A stretch of 64,000 nucleotides of DNA from an uncultured virus (IMG/VR IMGVR_UViG_3300037067_009054). Taxonomy: Duplodnaviria > Heunggongvirae > Uroviricota > Caudoviricetes. Position 1 is the stretch's first letter. The number at the start of each line of letters is the position of its first letter. Both the position numbers and the translations under genes were made by a program. Below are positions 28,352-38,105 of the stretch, piece after piece. The stretch is taken from the IMG/VR virus record IMGVR_UViG_3300037067_009054; one strand, written 5' to 3'. The notes below the pieces were generated by a model, which was not told where the DNA came from, searched no databases, and saw only the letters and a program-made list of their open reading frames with translations.

Positions 28352-28444
28352 TTACTTCCTCCTTGCTTTTATCTCTTCTGCTTTTCTTTTCAATTCATCA
28401 ATAGCTGCTTTCTTTGCCTCTTCGAGTTTCGCATTGTCTTCCAT
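28352..28444 (-). CDS. 30-aa charged helical peptide (not in ORF track)
   Basis: MEDNAKLEEAKKAAIDELKRKAEEIKARRK; stop abuts next ATG. Confidence 0.5.
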   Translation of the reverse strand: MEDNAKLEEAKKAAIDELKRKAEEIKARRK

Positions 28445-28485
28445 AACCTATGCTTTTATATTCCCTGAGCATAAATATGTTCTAC

Positions 28486-28632
28486 ATGATTACAGTCGAG
28501 GTTCCCGCAGGCACAGTTAAACCCAAGGTTTCCTATTCGTTTGGTCAGTATTTCGGTTCCTTGCTGTCTGTTCCGTCTAAACAAGAAGCAAAACGTGAGG
28601 AGTTTACGCCCGATGGTAACAGGATACACTAG
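28486..28632 (+). CDS. Small hypothetical protein
   Basis: ATG about 26 nt after TTTTATA; overlaps next start. Confidence 0.4.
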   Translation: MITVEVPAGTVKPKVSYSFGQYFGSLLSVPSKQEAKREEFTPDGNRIH

Positions 28633-29818
28633 TTCAATAGTTGCAGAGGCTCGCCAGAGGCTCAGGGATCTCGTCGAGGGCATTTCTCAGGTTTACTTGA
28701 TTCAGACCAGGGCGAAAGATGCAGAGCAATATCATTATGATGCTTCCAGTTTCTACATAGGTGCTAGGAAAGCTCTTCTCGCTATTCAGGAAGATCTCGA
28801 TACTTTTACCAAGTTTATTGATACCAATCGTGATAAACTCGACTCAATTGATTATTATAAATACAAAATAGATGACATTGATCGTCAAATCGATATGCTT
28901 GAGATTACCATAATAACTCCGTCCATACTCGCTCCTGCTAAATCTGCTGGCACTACCAACCTCCCCGGTGATCTCGCTGTCCCCGTTGGTCAGAGCTTCG
29001 TTGGTAAAGTTACACACGTCGATGATGGAGATACTTTCGTAGTTACCGTTGTTGAAAATGGCGCGTCTGTTGATCGTATTGTTAGGATTGCTGGCATTAA
29101 CGTGCCAGAAGGTGGCACTACTCGCGGTAAGTTCGTGACAGGCGAGACCACCAAGATGCTTCTCAATAAGGAAGTTACCGTTTATTATGATCGTCATACC
29201 CCCAACGATACTTATGGCCGTGTTCTCGGCACTGTCTATCTTGGAGAGATAAATTATGCTCTCTGGCTCTTGGATAATTGCTATGCTGTTCCTCTTCTTA
29301 AATTCGGAACAAACCATTTCGTTGATCCTGAAGAGGTTAAGGCCCATTTCGCTCACTGCATCATGGGCGGTTGGCCTCCTGATGGCATAATCAAGGTAAT
29401 CTCTTCGCCGACTCATGCATCTGTCTGGGTCGATGGTAAGCTCAACGGTGCGCTTACCCCCTGTGAAATCCGATTGCCTGCTGGTCAGCACACTCTTCGT
29501 CTTGCAGCTTCTGGCTGTTCTTCAGTGGAGGATGTAATTCAGGTTGAACCCCGCGAGCAAGAATTGCCTCCTTATGTTCTTCCCAAGCTTCCTGCTGCTA
29601 CCGGAACCATCATTGTTGAAGTTTTACCACAAGAACTTCGCGCAATAATTTCCATCGATGGGAATCCTGTCGGGCTTGCTCCATTTTCCACGGAGTTGCC
29701 TGCTGGCATCTCCGTGAAAGTTACGGTCGTTGCAAACGATTATCAGAATGATGAGGAAGTAGTTACACCCGTTCTTGGTAAAGTCGTCCGTTTAGTGTCT
29801 CGACCCAAAAAGATTTAA
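28613..29818 (+). CDS. Thermonuclease (SNase) fused to two PEGA-like domains
   Basis: VTHVDDGDTF, VRIAGINVPE, DTYGRVLG; SSPTHASVWVDG, AIISIDG; GAGGAG RBS before ATG 28613. Confidence 0.85.
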   Translation: MVTGYTSSIVAEARQRLRDLVEGISQVYLIQTRAKDAEQYHYDASSFYIGARKALLAIQEDLDTFTKFIDTNRDKLDSIDYYKYKIDDIDRQIDMLEITIITPSILAPAKSAGTTNLPGDLAVPVGQSFVGKVTHVDDGDTFVVTVVENGASVDRIVRIAGINVPEGGTTRGKFVTGETTKMLLNKEVTVYYDRHTPNDTYGRVLGTVYLGEINYALWLLDNCYAVPLLKFGTNHFVDPEEVKAHFAHCIMGGWPPDGIIKVISSPTHASVWVDGKLNGALTPCEIRLPAGQHTLRLAASGCSSVEDVIQVEPREQELPPYVLPKLPAATGTIIVEVLPQELRAIISIDGNPVGLAPFSTELPAGISVKVTVVANDYQNDEEVVTPVLGKVVRLVSRPKKI

Positions 29819-29842
29819 TCCAAGAACTTATTATCATAGGAT

Positions 29843-30274
29843 ATGGGAAGACTTAAACGGATATTGTTTGGTGAGCCAGATTCTACTAAGAGATGGACTG
29901 TCTTTTACTACGATCAGTCTCTATCGTCTCGTTTTCTTAAGTTCATGTTTGGTGAAAGGGGTTGCTACCGTGCTGATTGCGATGATATGCTCTTTGGTCC
30001 ATTCCCGGTTGGATTGGTTGGCCTCGTTGATACTGATCTTGATACTGCTAAGTATATTTGGATTATGTCGATTGAGAATTACCATTGCAACAATGGGTTC
30101 GAAAGTGAAAAAGATAAGGCCAGGAAAATGGCCGAGGAGCACATGACCGAGAACATGAAGCTTCAAGCCCGTATGCAGCTTGCAGTTGAAGAAGATATCA
30201 AGACTAGGTTTCCCTCTGTTCCAACTGGTGTCTCTGGTATCAGTGACGATGGCGATCCCGGAGGTTATTCGTGA
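29843..30274 (+). CDS. Hypothetical protein
   Basis: Plus-strand ORF in operon, T-ending codon bias. Confidence 0.65.
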   Translation: MGRLKRILFGEPDSTKRWTVFYYDQSLSSRFLKFMFGERGCYRADCDDMLFGPFPVGLVGLVDTDLDTAKYIWIMSIENYHCNNGFESEKDKARKMAEEHMTENMKLQARMQLAVEEDIKTRFPSVPTGVSGISDDGDPGGYS

Positions 30275-30522
30275 TCATTGATTGTCTGTTTCATGTTCGA
30301 TGTGACGACTGGCCTCTTAGACGCAGGGGCATTCTTTTTCTCTTAGATAATCCCCGTCTTCCTTCCTATGTGATGCCATCAGTAAAAACTATGGCTTTTC
30401 AGCTTGCCGATAGGTTGGAGCAAGTTGGCCATCCTAATTGTGCTTATGCCATTCGTCTTCGGCTCAGTGGTGTAAGAGTCTGGACTGATGGTTACATAGT
30501 AAAAGTTTTAGAAAATGACTAA
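30271..30522 (+). CDS. Hypothetical protein
   Basis: GGAGG RBS, GTGA overlap. Confidence 0.55.
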   Translation: MIIDCLFHVRCDDWPLRRRGILFLLDNPRLPSYVMPSVKTMAFQLADRLEQVGHPNCAYAIRLRLSGVRVWTDGYIVKVLEND

Positions 30523-30602
30523 TTGTTTGGTGGTTACACGAAAAAAGTTATCTTTTAATTAATGGTTTGGATCTGTTTAATATCCGCCCCATTTTGTTCG
30601 TT

Positions 30603-30851
30603 TTAGCGTCTCAACTTTGCAGCCATGCAACCGTTAAGAGCCTGGACTTTCTCCGGGCCACTTGGCATTCCCTTCACAGTTGCGGCGCATCCAGGCGCGG
30701 CAGCTCCGAAGTCGCGAGCGTATCCTTCCAGGTGTGCAGGAATCTCCCCAGGTGCGAAAGATCTTCGGGCAAAGTAGGTCAGCTTTTTGCTCCAAGGCGG
30801 TGCGTGCTTTACGATTACGTTTCCGGCGTTAGCCAATGTAGGTGCAGCCAT
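30603..30851 (-). CDS. Small basic Ala/Pro-rich protein with two Cys, candidate DNA-binding virion protein
   Basis: GC-rich codons unlike neighbours; GGTGA RBS. Confidence 0.6.
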   Translation of the reverse strand: MAAPTLANAGNVIVKHAPPWSKKLTYFARRSFAPGEIPAHLEGYARDFGAAAPGCAATVKGMPSGPEKVQALNGCMAAKLRR

Positions 30852-30921
30852 TTTTTATCACCAATTCCTACATACATCACCATGCTATAAGTACTGGTGT
30901 AGTAGAATTTTTCTGCTTCTT

Positions 30922-30947
30922 GTGGTGATCGCCGCCGCGATCACCAC
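30922..30947. repeat. Intergenic hairpin (GTGATCGC family)
   Basis: gtggtgatcgc-cgcc-gcgatcaccac. Confidence 0.9.
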
Positions 30948-30958
30948 TAAAAACATAC

Positions 30959-31306
30959 TCAACCTTTTATTTCTTCTAGCATTAGAAGAGTTGTCCCTAG
31001 TTCATGTGTTATCATAAGTGTTCTTCCTACTTCCATCGATACTATCTCCCCATTGTCTTCTCTTGTTCCTACTAGTGCTCCGTTTATTATTATATAGTTC
31101 TTCAGTGAGTATTCCTTTGTTTTTTTGTCTTTTTCTACTATGTTTCCTTCTACCATGTTATCTAAGTGATATCTTACGGTTGTTGACATTTTTTTAATAT
31201 TTGTCTGTGTTACTCCCTTGAATATCACTCTTGTCATTCTTCCTACTTTCTGTGGCCCGTTTGCCAATTGTTTTAGTATTTCCTTCTTCAAAATTTCAGG
31301 GTCCAT
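30959..31306 (-). CDS. Winged-helix (ArsR-like) protein
   Basis: EILKQLANGP...STTVRYHLDNM.EGNIVE...YSL. Confidence 0.7.
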   Translation of the reverse strand: MDPEILKKEILKQLANGPQKVGRMTRVIFKGVTQTNIKKMSTTVRYHLDNMVEGNIVEKDKKTKEYSLKNYIIINGALVGTREDNGEIVSMEVGRTLMITHELGTTLLMLEEIKG

Positions 31307-31316
31307 GATTCATCTC

Positions 31317-32198
31317 CTATTCTTTCACGCACTCCTTTATTGCCTCTTCCTTTGTCTTCGCGTCTTTCGCGCACATCTTGGATGCAACGCACATTTTATT
31401 TTCCTTTTCTACTCCGTCCAAACTTCCATCCGTCATTACTCCGCTTGTGCAGGCATGGAAATCGTCCCTGAACTCTCGTTCGGGCTGATTATTTGTTACT
31501 CCCTCCGGCTCTTCGTTCTTAACGGCCCCTGATTGTTCTTTATCCACGTTAATGAAATCTTGTTTCAATCCGTCTATTCCGGTCAGTGTTTGTTGGAATT
31601 CTGTTGAGCATGTCAATGGGTCTATCTTGCATTCCTGCTGAAGGAACTGTAGTTTACGTCCCAGCCCACCGAATAGTCTCGCGCATACTTCGCACTCGTG
31701 TTTTTTAGCGTCTTCCGTTATCTTTTTCTCTACTTCCCTGAATGTTTCTATCACTTTATTGATGTCGTCTGTTTCCATCTCTGTTAGCTTCTTCTTTGCG
31801 CTATCCAGCTCGTCTACTGCCTGTTGCAGCTCTGGTATTTTTATCACATACTGAGGTTCTGCTTTTTTCACCGTTTTTGCCTTTGTTGCTGCTGTCTTCC
31901 CCTGTACCGATTTTGTTACTCCCGATACGTCTACTCCCTGCTTTAGCCAGCTATCATACCATGCGTCCACATATCGCTGATTACATAGCAAACGGCATAC
32001 GCAGCAAGCTTCCCCTCCCGATATTGCTGAGTTTATATCTTCCAGGCTTTCTTCGCACGGACAAGTTCTTTCATCTCTGCAAATGCATTTTCCTCCATTT
32101 GCATTGATTTCCTTTGCCCATTCGTCCGTGTTTCTGTATGGTATTACAATCAAACCTCTTGCATTCGCGAATGCTTTTATCTCTGGTCCCGTTGTCAT
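31317..32198 (-). CDS. Cys-rich protein with ferredoxin:thioredoxin reductase catalytic-subunit-like N-terminal domain
   Basis: GKCICR...CPCEE...I...CVCRLL resembles CPC/CPC/CHC; 16 Cys in total. Confidence 0.65.
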   Translation of the reverse strand: MTTGPEIKAFANARGLIVIPYRNTDEWAKEINANGGKCICRDERTCPCEESLEDINSAISGGEACCVCRLLCNQRYVDAWYDSWLKQGVDVSGVTKSVQGKTAATKAKTVKKAEPQYVIKIPELQQAVDELDSAKKKLTEMETDDINKVIETFREVEKKITEDAKKHECEVCARLFGGLGRKLQFLQQECKIDPLTCSTEFQQTLTGIDGLKQDFINVDKEQSGAVKNEEPEGVTNNQPEREFRDDFHACTSGVMTDGSLDGVEKENKMCVASKMCAKDAKTKEEAIKECVKE

Positions 32199-32200
32199 AG

Positions 32201-32599
32201 TTAGATCCTCATGTTTTCTGAAGTGAATTTTCTATATAGTGCTTTTTCGATAGGCGTAATCTCCACCTGCTCTCCTTTTCGTTGTCTTGCCAGCTTATCT
32301 CCCACTTTTGTTATGATTGTCTGTCTCGCCAGTAGATTGTACATTTCCGCATACTTGTCTAGCCCCTCAGCTCCTACTTGCTCGTATGCTGCTTCCATCA
32401 CCTTTTCTGCTTCTTTCAATTCTTCTGGTTGTAGTCCTGCGGCCCATTCCATGCATCTGTCTCTTCCTTCTTCACTTTCTATCGTAGAGCAAGATCCATG
32501 CGCAAATGATGCAGCAATTGACATTTTCATCATTTGGCAATGCGGGCATTCTTCTTTCTTTTCCTGTACTGGCATTTGTTGCGTTTCTTCATTTGTCAT
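32201..32599 (-). CDS. Helical protein with CPHC motif
   Basis: EECPHCQ plus two further Cys. Confidence 0.65.
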   Translation of the reverse strand: MTNEETQQMPVQEKKEECPHCQMMKMSIAASFAHGSCSTIESEEGRDRCMEWAAGLQPEELKEAEKVMEAAYEQVGAEGLDKYAEMYNLLARQTIITKVGDKLARQRKGEQVEITPIEKALYRKFTSENMRI

Positions 32600-32886
32600 A
32601 ATACAATCTCTCCATTTCTTAGCATATTAATCAATGCAGCAACTGCGTGTTCTTGACCAACTTCGTCGCTCACTAAATCTAAGTATATGTGTAGATAAGC
32701 GGAGTATGCTGCTAAAATGTTTCCTGTCGAGTAGTAGATGTCTCTTACTGTCTTCATATCATGATAATATCTTCGATGGTTGCTCTGTAGGTATGGCTGC
32801 ATACTGTCCATTAATTTATGAACTTCCGGGAATGCTTCACCCAGTATCAATTCATCCAATGTGCAGTGCAGCTTATGATCTGGCAT
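32596..32886 (-). CDS. His-rich putative metal-binding protein/hydrolase
   Basis: H..H, VH.LMD, HRRYYHD, HIYLD. Confidence 0.6.
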   Translation of the reverse strand: MPDHKLHCTLDELILGEAFPEVHKLMDSMQPYLQSNHRRYYHDMKTVRDIYYSTGNILAAYSAYLHIYLDLVSDEVGQEHAVAALINMLRNGEIVL

Positions 32887-33187
32887 TTCTTTCCATTATC
32901 TCCTTAATTACTTCTTCTATCCCCTTCGTTCCGTTTTCGAGTAGATATCTCATTGTCGCACTCGGATTGTTTCTCTTTATTCCTCCTCCTTCCACCCTCT
33001 TTTCCATTTCTATTAGCATCGGTGAAATTTTTTGCATTCTCCTGAAAAGCGTTTCATCTATCGTTGTGTGTACCATTCTTTGTTTCCCAGATCCCGTTTT
33101 CTGTGTTCTTTCCCAAGGATCTTGTTCTACTTGGTCAATTGGTTTTTCTTTTTTCTTTCTAGTTTTTTCTTTTAGTACCATGTACAT
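32873..33187 (-). CDS. Hypothetical protein, possible ribbon-helix-helix
   Basis: MVHTTIDETLF...SATMRYLLE. Confidence 0.55.
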   Translation of the reverse strand: MYMVLKEKTRKKKEKPIDQVEQDPWERTQKTGSGKQRMVHTTIDETLFRRMQKISPMLIEMEKRVEGGGIKRNNPSATMRYLLENGTKGIEEVIKEIMERNARS

Positions 33188-33239
33188 ACCCTTCGTTGAG
33201 TATCTATATATAATACCATCTGTCTAATAGATTCATCAT

Positions 33240-34445
33240 ATGGCAAAAGAAGATGAAACTCCAAAGGCATCAAAAAAGAATCCCGTTAAGATGATGACCG
33301 AAGCAATTGCTGCAACCAAGGATGATGAAAATGAAGATGAAATACCAACTGTATCGTTCAATGTTGATCCTGAGAGTGCTCTTAAGAGTATTAAAAATTC
33401 GATTGCAGAAAATTTTCTCGGCAAAGTTCAGAGGAATCAATTCGAAGAAGCAGCCGCCATCAGCGAGCGTACCCGCATAGAGGAGGAAAGGCGATTAGCC
33501 AAGGCCAAAGAAGGCGATCAGCCTACCCCTACGGTGCAGCCTCCTCGTCTTGGTTCTCAGATTGGTATTGGTGGCGGTCTGCTTCCCCAATTAGGAGTTA
33601 CTGATAGGGCCACGATTGTAGAGGCTGCTCTTAAAGGTCTACAGACCGATGAGGCCCGGTTGAAATGGCTTGAAGCTCATGATGATTTATTCAATTCATC
33701 CATTCCCACCAGTCTCATGCCTGGTCATTCCAGAGGCAAAGACCCCGTTCCCGTTTCTGCTAATTCAGTCGATCCTCTTACTGGCGTCGTCGATTCTTTT
33801 GTCAAGATATTTAATCTCAGCGAGAGTCTTCACAAGCAGTCTCCTTCTCCGAATTCTTCTACCGAATCTGGCGTTTCGCAGTCATTGTCATCGCAGCTCG
33901 ACATTCTTAAGATAGTTGGTACGTTCAAGGAGATATCTGATAATCAAACCAAGATGGTCGAAAAGATATTTGATGGTATCACGGACCAGTTCAAGAATAT
34001 ACAGGCTGCAAACGCCGAACGTGAAAATTCGATGCGAGAGAAACTTCTTGAGGCTAATAAAGAAGTTTTTCAGGTTCAGCAAAGCCATTTATCTGAAAAA
34101 ATACAAATGATGGAAAGGCAACTTTCCCAGCCTCAGCAGATTCCTATTGGTGATCTCAGTAAACTTATAGGTCTTGCTAGACAGGATGGCGTTCCTATTA
34201 GCATGGAAACTCCTGACCAGGAGAGGATTAGGTCTGAAAATGCTCGTAAAGATAGAGAGCTTGATCATAAGTTGAATCTCGAAACCAAGAAACAGGACAT
34301 TGAGATGTTGAAGGAAAAGAAGAGACTTGTATTGGTTCAAGCAGGTGCTGGCGCTCTCGGCGTCGTCCCTGGCATGTTCGAGGGTGGCGCTCTTAAGAAA
34401 CATAACAATTCCCCGGCTGGTCAGGCCGTAGCTGACAGGATCTGA
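33240..34445 (+). CDS. Coiled-coil protein
   Basis: 401-aa ORF after TATATATA; Q/E/K heptads. Confidence 0.75.
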   Translation: MAKEDETPKASKKNPVKMMTEAIAATKDDENEDEIPTVSFNVDPESALKSIKNSIAENFLGKVQRNQFEEAAAISERTRIEEERRLAKAKEGDQPTPTVQPPRLGSQIGIGGGLLPQLGVTDRATIVEAALKGLQTDEARLKWLEAHDDLFNSSIPTSLMPGHSRGKDPVPVSANSVDPLTGVVDSFVKIFNLSESLHKQSPSPNSSTESGVSQSLSSQLDILKIVGTFKEISDNQTKMVEKIFDGITDQFKNIQAANAERENSMREKLLEANKEVFQVQQSHLSEKIQMMERQLSQPQQIPIGDLSKLIGLARQDGVPISMETPDQERIRSENARKDRELDHKLNLETKKQDIEMLKEKKRLVLVQAGAGALGVVPGMFEGGALKKHNNSPAGQAVADRI

Positions 34446-34447
34446 AT

Positions 34448-34849
34448 ATGACTACTGAAACAGTTTCCCCGCCAGTTCCCGACGAACTGTATGTTAATCC
34501 CCAGATTTGGGAATTACTCGGCATGGTTTCTAAGTCCGAAGATTTTCCCGATGAGGAAGGGGTTGCTCAGTACTACATAGCATTTACATCAATGTCACCC
34601 GGCGCGATCGTTGGTTTCATCATGAACAATGTCACGTTCCTTGCTTACATCGATCTTGTTCAGGCTGCTATTGATGGTATGGAGCCTAAGGCAGTTGGGC
34701 GAGTTCTTACAACTTTCATTGACAAAAATTATCCTAACGTAATGCAAAGGATAAATACTAATGAAGATGAATTTCAGTTATATAGGAGCGTAATTTATAA
34801 GTTAGTTGAGGAGATTAAGAATTATGGAAGTTCAACAGCAGGCATTTAA
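34448..34849 (+). CDS. Hypothetical protein
   Basis: Coupled within the plus-strand operon. Confidence 0.7.
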   Translation: MTTETVSPPVPDELYVNPQIWELLGMVSKSEDFPDEEGVAQYYIAFTSMSPGAIVGFIMNNVTFLAYIDLVQAAIDGMEPKAVGRVLTTFIDKNYPNVMQRINTNEDEFQLYRSVIYKLVEEIKNYGSSTAGI

Positions 34850-35678
34850 GGGTAAAAATGGTCTTACCGTTCTTGATAACGGTGACTATTGGAGGGTCAT
34901 TGGGTCTGGTAATGTTACTACTCCTCAGATCCTTGACTACCGGGATAGGAACGAGCAACCAACTGGTGTAAAATATGGCATCGGCGTTGATCGATTAACT
35001 GGCAAAACGCGCATTTCCCATGTCGATTATCCCAAAGACATGTACCCCATCGATTGGGTTACTAATAGCGAAGAGCCTCCCAAGATAGTCATGAGGTGTA
35101 ATGTTTGCTACGCTATGGATCAGGCTGCCAAAGCTCGCGGCTCTCATCCTCTCGAACCTTCTTCTCCTCAAGAAAATTCTCTGGTACCAGTTGAACAATC
35201 CAGGCGTCTTTCCGTTGGCGATGTTGGTTCTGTAGTTCTTCCCAAATACTTTTCTTTCCTTGCGCAACTCGGTAAAAATTTCGCACTTAAGCCTGGTGGA
35301 GATCTAGCAATTTCGTTCGGTGTTAGTCTTCTCGCTGATATTCTTTCAGGTGTCAGTACTGATCCTGGCTATAAGCGTGCTCTTCAGTCCATATCCGATG
35401 GTGCAATAGATAGCATTGGTGGCGGTAATCCAGATCAAGAGTTCTTTAATCAGGTTAAAGAGGATGGTCTTGCTATCTTCGAGGCATGGCACAAGGACGG
35501 CGATGCAGTTGCTGCTCTTCAAAAGGGTCTGTTTAAGTCCAGGGACGATCTCGCAAGAGAGGTTAAATCTAGTAAGGATCATACACAGCAGCAGAATCAA
35601 TCGTATCAGCCTACTTATTTGCCGTCTCCTGGTTCTGACGGTGGCTATCTCCGTCAACCCAGATTCCCGTTCGAGTGA
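34824..35678 (+). CDS. Hypothetical protein
   Basis: GAGGAG RBS before ATG 34824; CNVC motif. Confidence 0.7.
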   Translation: MEVQQQAFKGKNGLTVLDNGDYWRVIGSGNVTTPQILDYRDRNEQPTGVKYGIGVDRLTGKTRISHVDYPKDMYPIDWVTNSEEPPKIVMRCNVCYAMDQAAKARGSHPLEPSSPQENSLVPVEQSRRLSVGDVGSVVLPKYFSFLAQLGKNFALKPGGDLAISFGVSLLADILSGVSTDPGYKRALQSISDGAIDSIGGGNPDQEFFNQVKEDGLAIFEAWHKDGDAVAALQKGLFKSRDDLAREVKSSKDHTQQQNQSYQPTYLPSPGSDGGYLRQPRFPFE

Positions 35679-37393
35679 TCATGTCTTCACTCGATTATAT
35701 CCGAGTTAGGTTTGATCAATCCGTAGCCCTTGCCAGTGACAAATTTTCTCATAATCTTGAGGATCTGACCAAGTCTCTAATAGTCCAGGTCTCCGCTGTT
35801 CCGGCTGATCCGTCTACTGCCAATGACGTTTTCAGCCGCGCTCCTACAGAATTCGATGCAGGCATAGGTGATGGTAAAACTGGTATTTATGGTACGTTTG
35901 TAACTGAATTGACTGCTGCCCTTGATATTGCTTCTCAGGCCATCAACAAGGAAGTTTCATTTTTCGTTGGCGGCGTCGATGATATTACCAGACTTCAAAG
36001 TGAAATAACTGCCCTTACCGATCATCTCACATCTGTTTCTTCTGCTTCTACTGTTAAAGCTAATAGTCTTCTTACTTCATCCAATGATAGATTCGTTTCA
36101 GCTTTTAAGATTGCTCAGGCCAAAGCCTGTACTTTCTTTATTCGTTCACTCACGGATTCATTCCTTGCTTCTATTGCCAGATCTCGTGACAAAGTTTCTA
36201 CCGACTTAGACAGGCTCCTATCCATTTACAATGCCTACCAAATGCTCCCATCTGATTTTTATACTGATGTAAATACCATCTTAACTGAAATTGCAACATC
36301 ATATAATGATTCCATTGATAGTGCAAGTTCTATTTATTCTACGGCACTTGGTGCATACAAATATTTCACCTCTGATGCTCAAGCCGCCGTCGATGATAGT
36401 CAGTCAAAAATAAATGCTGCTATTGCCGATTCAAATGCATTTGTTACTGCTAGGTTAACTTCACTTCCTTCTCAGCTCTACAATAAAGCTGATTATGTTT
36501 TTTCCGTTGCTACTGTTGATCTTAGTAATAAGTTGTTTAAAGAATCATCTAAGTTAGACTCAACACTTAACAAGTTCACCAATCGTCTATCTGATCGCAT
36601 TGATATTGCACGTACATCCGTTCGTAGATACATATCTAATTCATATGTCCCTGTTTACCAGGATGGCGTTAAGTATAGGAATGCTAAGGCCACTGTTTAC
36701 AATGGCGTTTCTAAAATCATTTCTGATCTATCTACACAATTACAAAATGACTTCAATAGTGAAACTTCCCTACTTGGTACTAACTATAACACCGCGTTGA
36801 CCATTCTACAGCAGTCAGTCATTGATTATATCAATGAAAATGTACCTGGATTAACTCAGGAACAAGTAGATGATATTCAATCGCGTGTTTCCTCTACCAT
36901 CAATCGTAATATTGATCGTTCCACTGACATATTTGCTAAGTATTCCAATCAGATCTCTTCTTATCTCTCTGGATTATCATCGTTTGCCAATTATATGCTC
37001 GATTCTCGCTATTCTGCCCGTCCTCTTATCCGGTTTGAGGGTACTGTTTCATCTCCTTCTCTCATTACTAACAAGAAATGGGATACCAGTGATGAAGATA
37101 ATGTCGATGTCAATCGTTTTAGATTCAAGGTTTCTAATGTCGGTGGTTCACCGTGGGTTGGTTGGTTCGGTATTAAGTTCGTTGATACCGTAGTAGAGGA
37201 TTCAGATGGCAATGCCATTGTTCCTGTCTATTGGCTGTACAATAAGCATTCCGGGTTTACTACTATACTTCCCGGTCAAGTCGTTACCATAGATTTAGTT
37301 GTTCCTGTCTATACTATTCCATATTCCAGTGATATGGTTAACCCCGTTTCAACTACCATATTGGTCAATACTTATGGAGGTATGTTTAAATGA
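35675..37393 (+). CDS. Long helical protein with C-terminal Ig-like domain
   Basis: S/D/A-rich amphipathic helices; FKVSNVGG.PW.G. Confidence 0.75.
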   Translation: MIMSSLDYIRVRFDQSVALASDKFSHNLEDLTKSLIVQVSAVPADPSTANDVFSRAPTEFDAGIGDGKTGIYGTFVTELTAALDIASQAINKEVSFFVGGVDDITRLQSEITALTDHLTSVSSASTVKANSLLTSSNDRFVSAFKIAQAKACTFFIRSLTDSFLASIARSRDKVSTDLDRLLSIYNAYQMLPSDFYTDVNTILTEIATSYNDSIDSASSIYSTALGAYKYFTSDAQAAVDDSQSKINAAIADSNAFVTARLTSLPSQLYNKADYVFSVATVDLSNKLFKESSKLDSTLNKFTNRLSDRIDIARTSVRRYISNSYVPVYQDGVKYRNAKATVYNGVSKIISDLSTQLQNDFNSETSLLGTNYNTALTILQQSVIDYINENVPGLTQEQVDDIQSRVSSTINRNIDRSTDIFAKYSNQISSYLSGLSSFANYMLDSRYSARPLIRFEGTVSSPSLITNKKWDTSDEDNVDVNRFRFKVSNVGGSPWVGWFGIKFVDTVVEDSDGNAIVPVYWLYNKHSGFTTILPGQVVTIDLVVPVYTIPYSSDMVNPVSTTILVNTYGGMFK

Positions 37394-38097
37394 CTTCTCT
37401 CGATGATGCCAAGGCATCTGTCCAGTATGCTTTTGATACTGCATCTGGTCTCATAAATGATTCGTTCAAATATGCTCAACCTTACATTGATAATCATCCC
37501 ATAAATTCCAATGTAGACAATTCCGCTTATCGCGATTCCGTTTCTGTTCTTAGTTCTGGTGTTCGTGGCGTTGTTGGTAAATATATCAACGATGCTTTGG
37601 TTGGGTTCAATACTCGTGTTCAGAATGCGGGCATTGATTTTAATGCTTCGTCTCCTAGTGATGATGATATTTCATCTCTTTCTGAGTCCATTCAATCTTA
37701 TTCCGATCAGCTTCAGCCTTTTATCGATGATGTTCTTTCTAGGGTCGATTCTCTTGTAGAGAATGCTGCATTTAATAGGTCACTTCTCCGTCCCACTGGT
37801 AATAGGGTTATTCCTATCATAAAGTTTGATTCCCCCAATACGTTTACTTATGAAGTCAAAAACGTTGGCACTAAGCCTTGGAGTGGTTATTTATGCATAG
37901 TCCTTACCGACGAGTATAAAAATTCTATTAATGAGTTTTCTGCTCCTCCCATCATTTCTACTGCTGAACCAGGTGAAACTACCATTCTCAGTCGTGATGT
38001 TCTTGTTCCCAAGACTTTATATGTAAATAACAAGCCCCGTTCCTGGGGCAAGTCTACTACATGGCAAATTAGTATTTATACAAGAAAAGCAACATAG
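37390..38097 (+). CDS. Helical + Ig-like domain protein (short paralog of the previous gene)
   Basis: MTSLD vs MSSLD N-terminus; YEVKNVGTKPWSG. Confidence 0.75.
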   Translation: MTSLDDAKASVQYAFDTASGLINDSFKYAQPYIDNHPINSNVDNSAYRDSVSVLSSGVRGVVGKYINDALVGFNTRVQNAGIDFNASSPSDDDISSLSESIQSYSDQLQPFIDDVLSRVDSLVENAAFNRSLLRPTGNRVIPIIKFDSPNTFTYEVKNVGTKPWSGYLCIVLTDEYKNSINEFSAPPIISTAEPGETTILSRDVLVPKTLYVNNKPRSWGKSTTWQISIYTRKAT

Positions 38098-38105
38098 GTG
38101 TTAGT

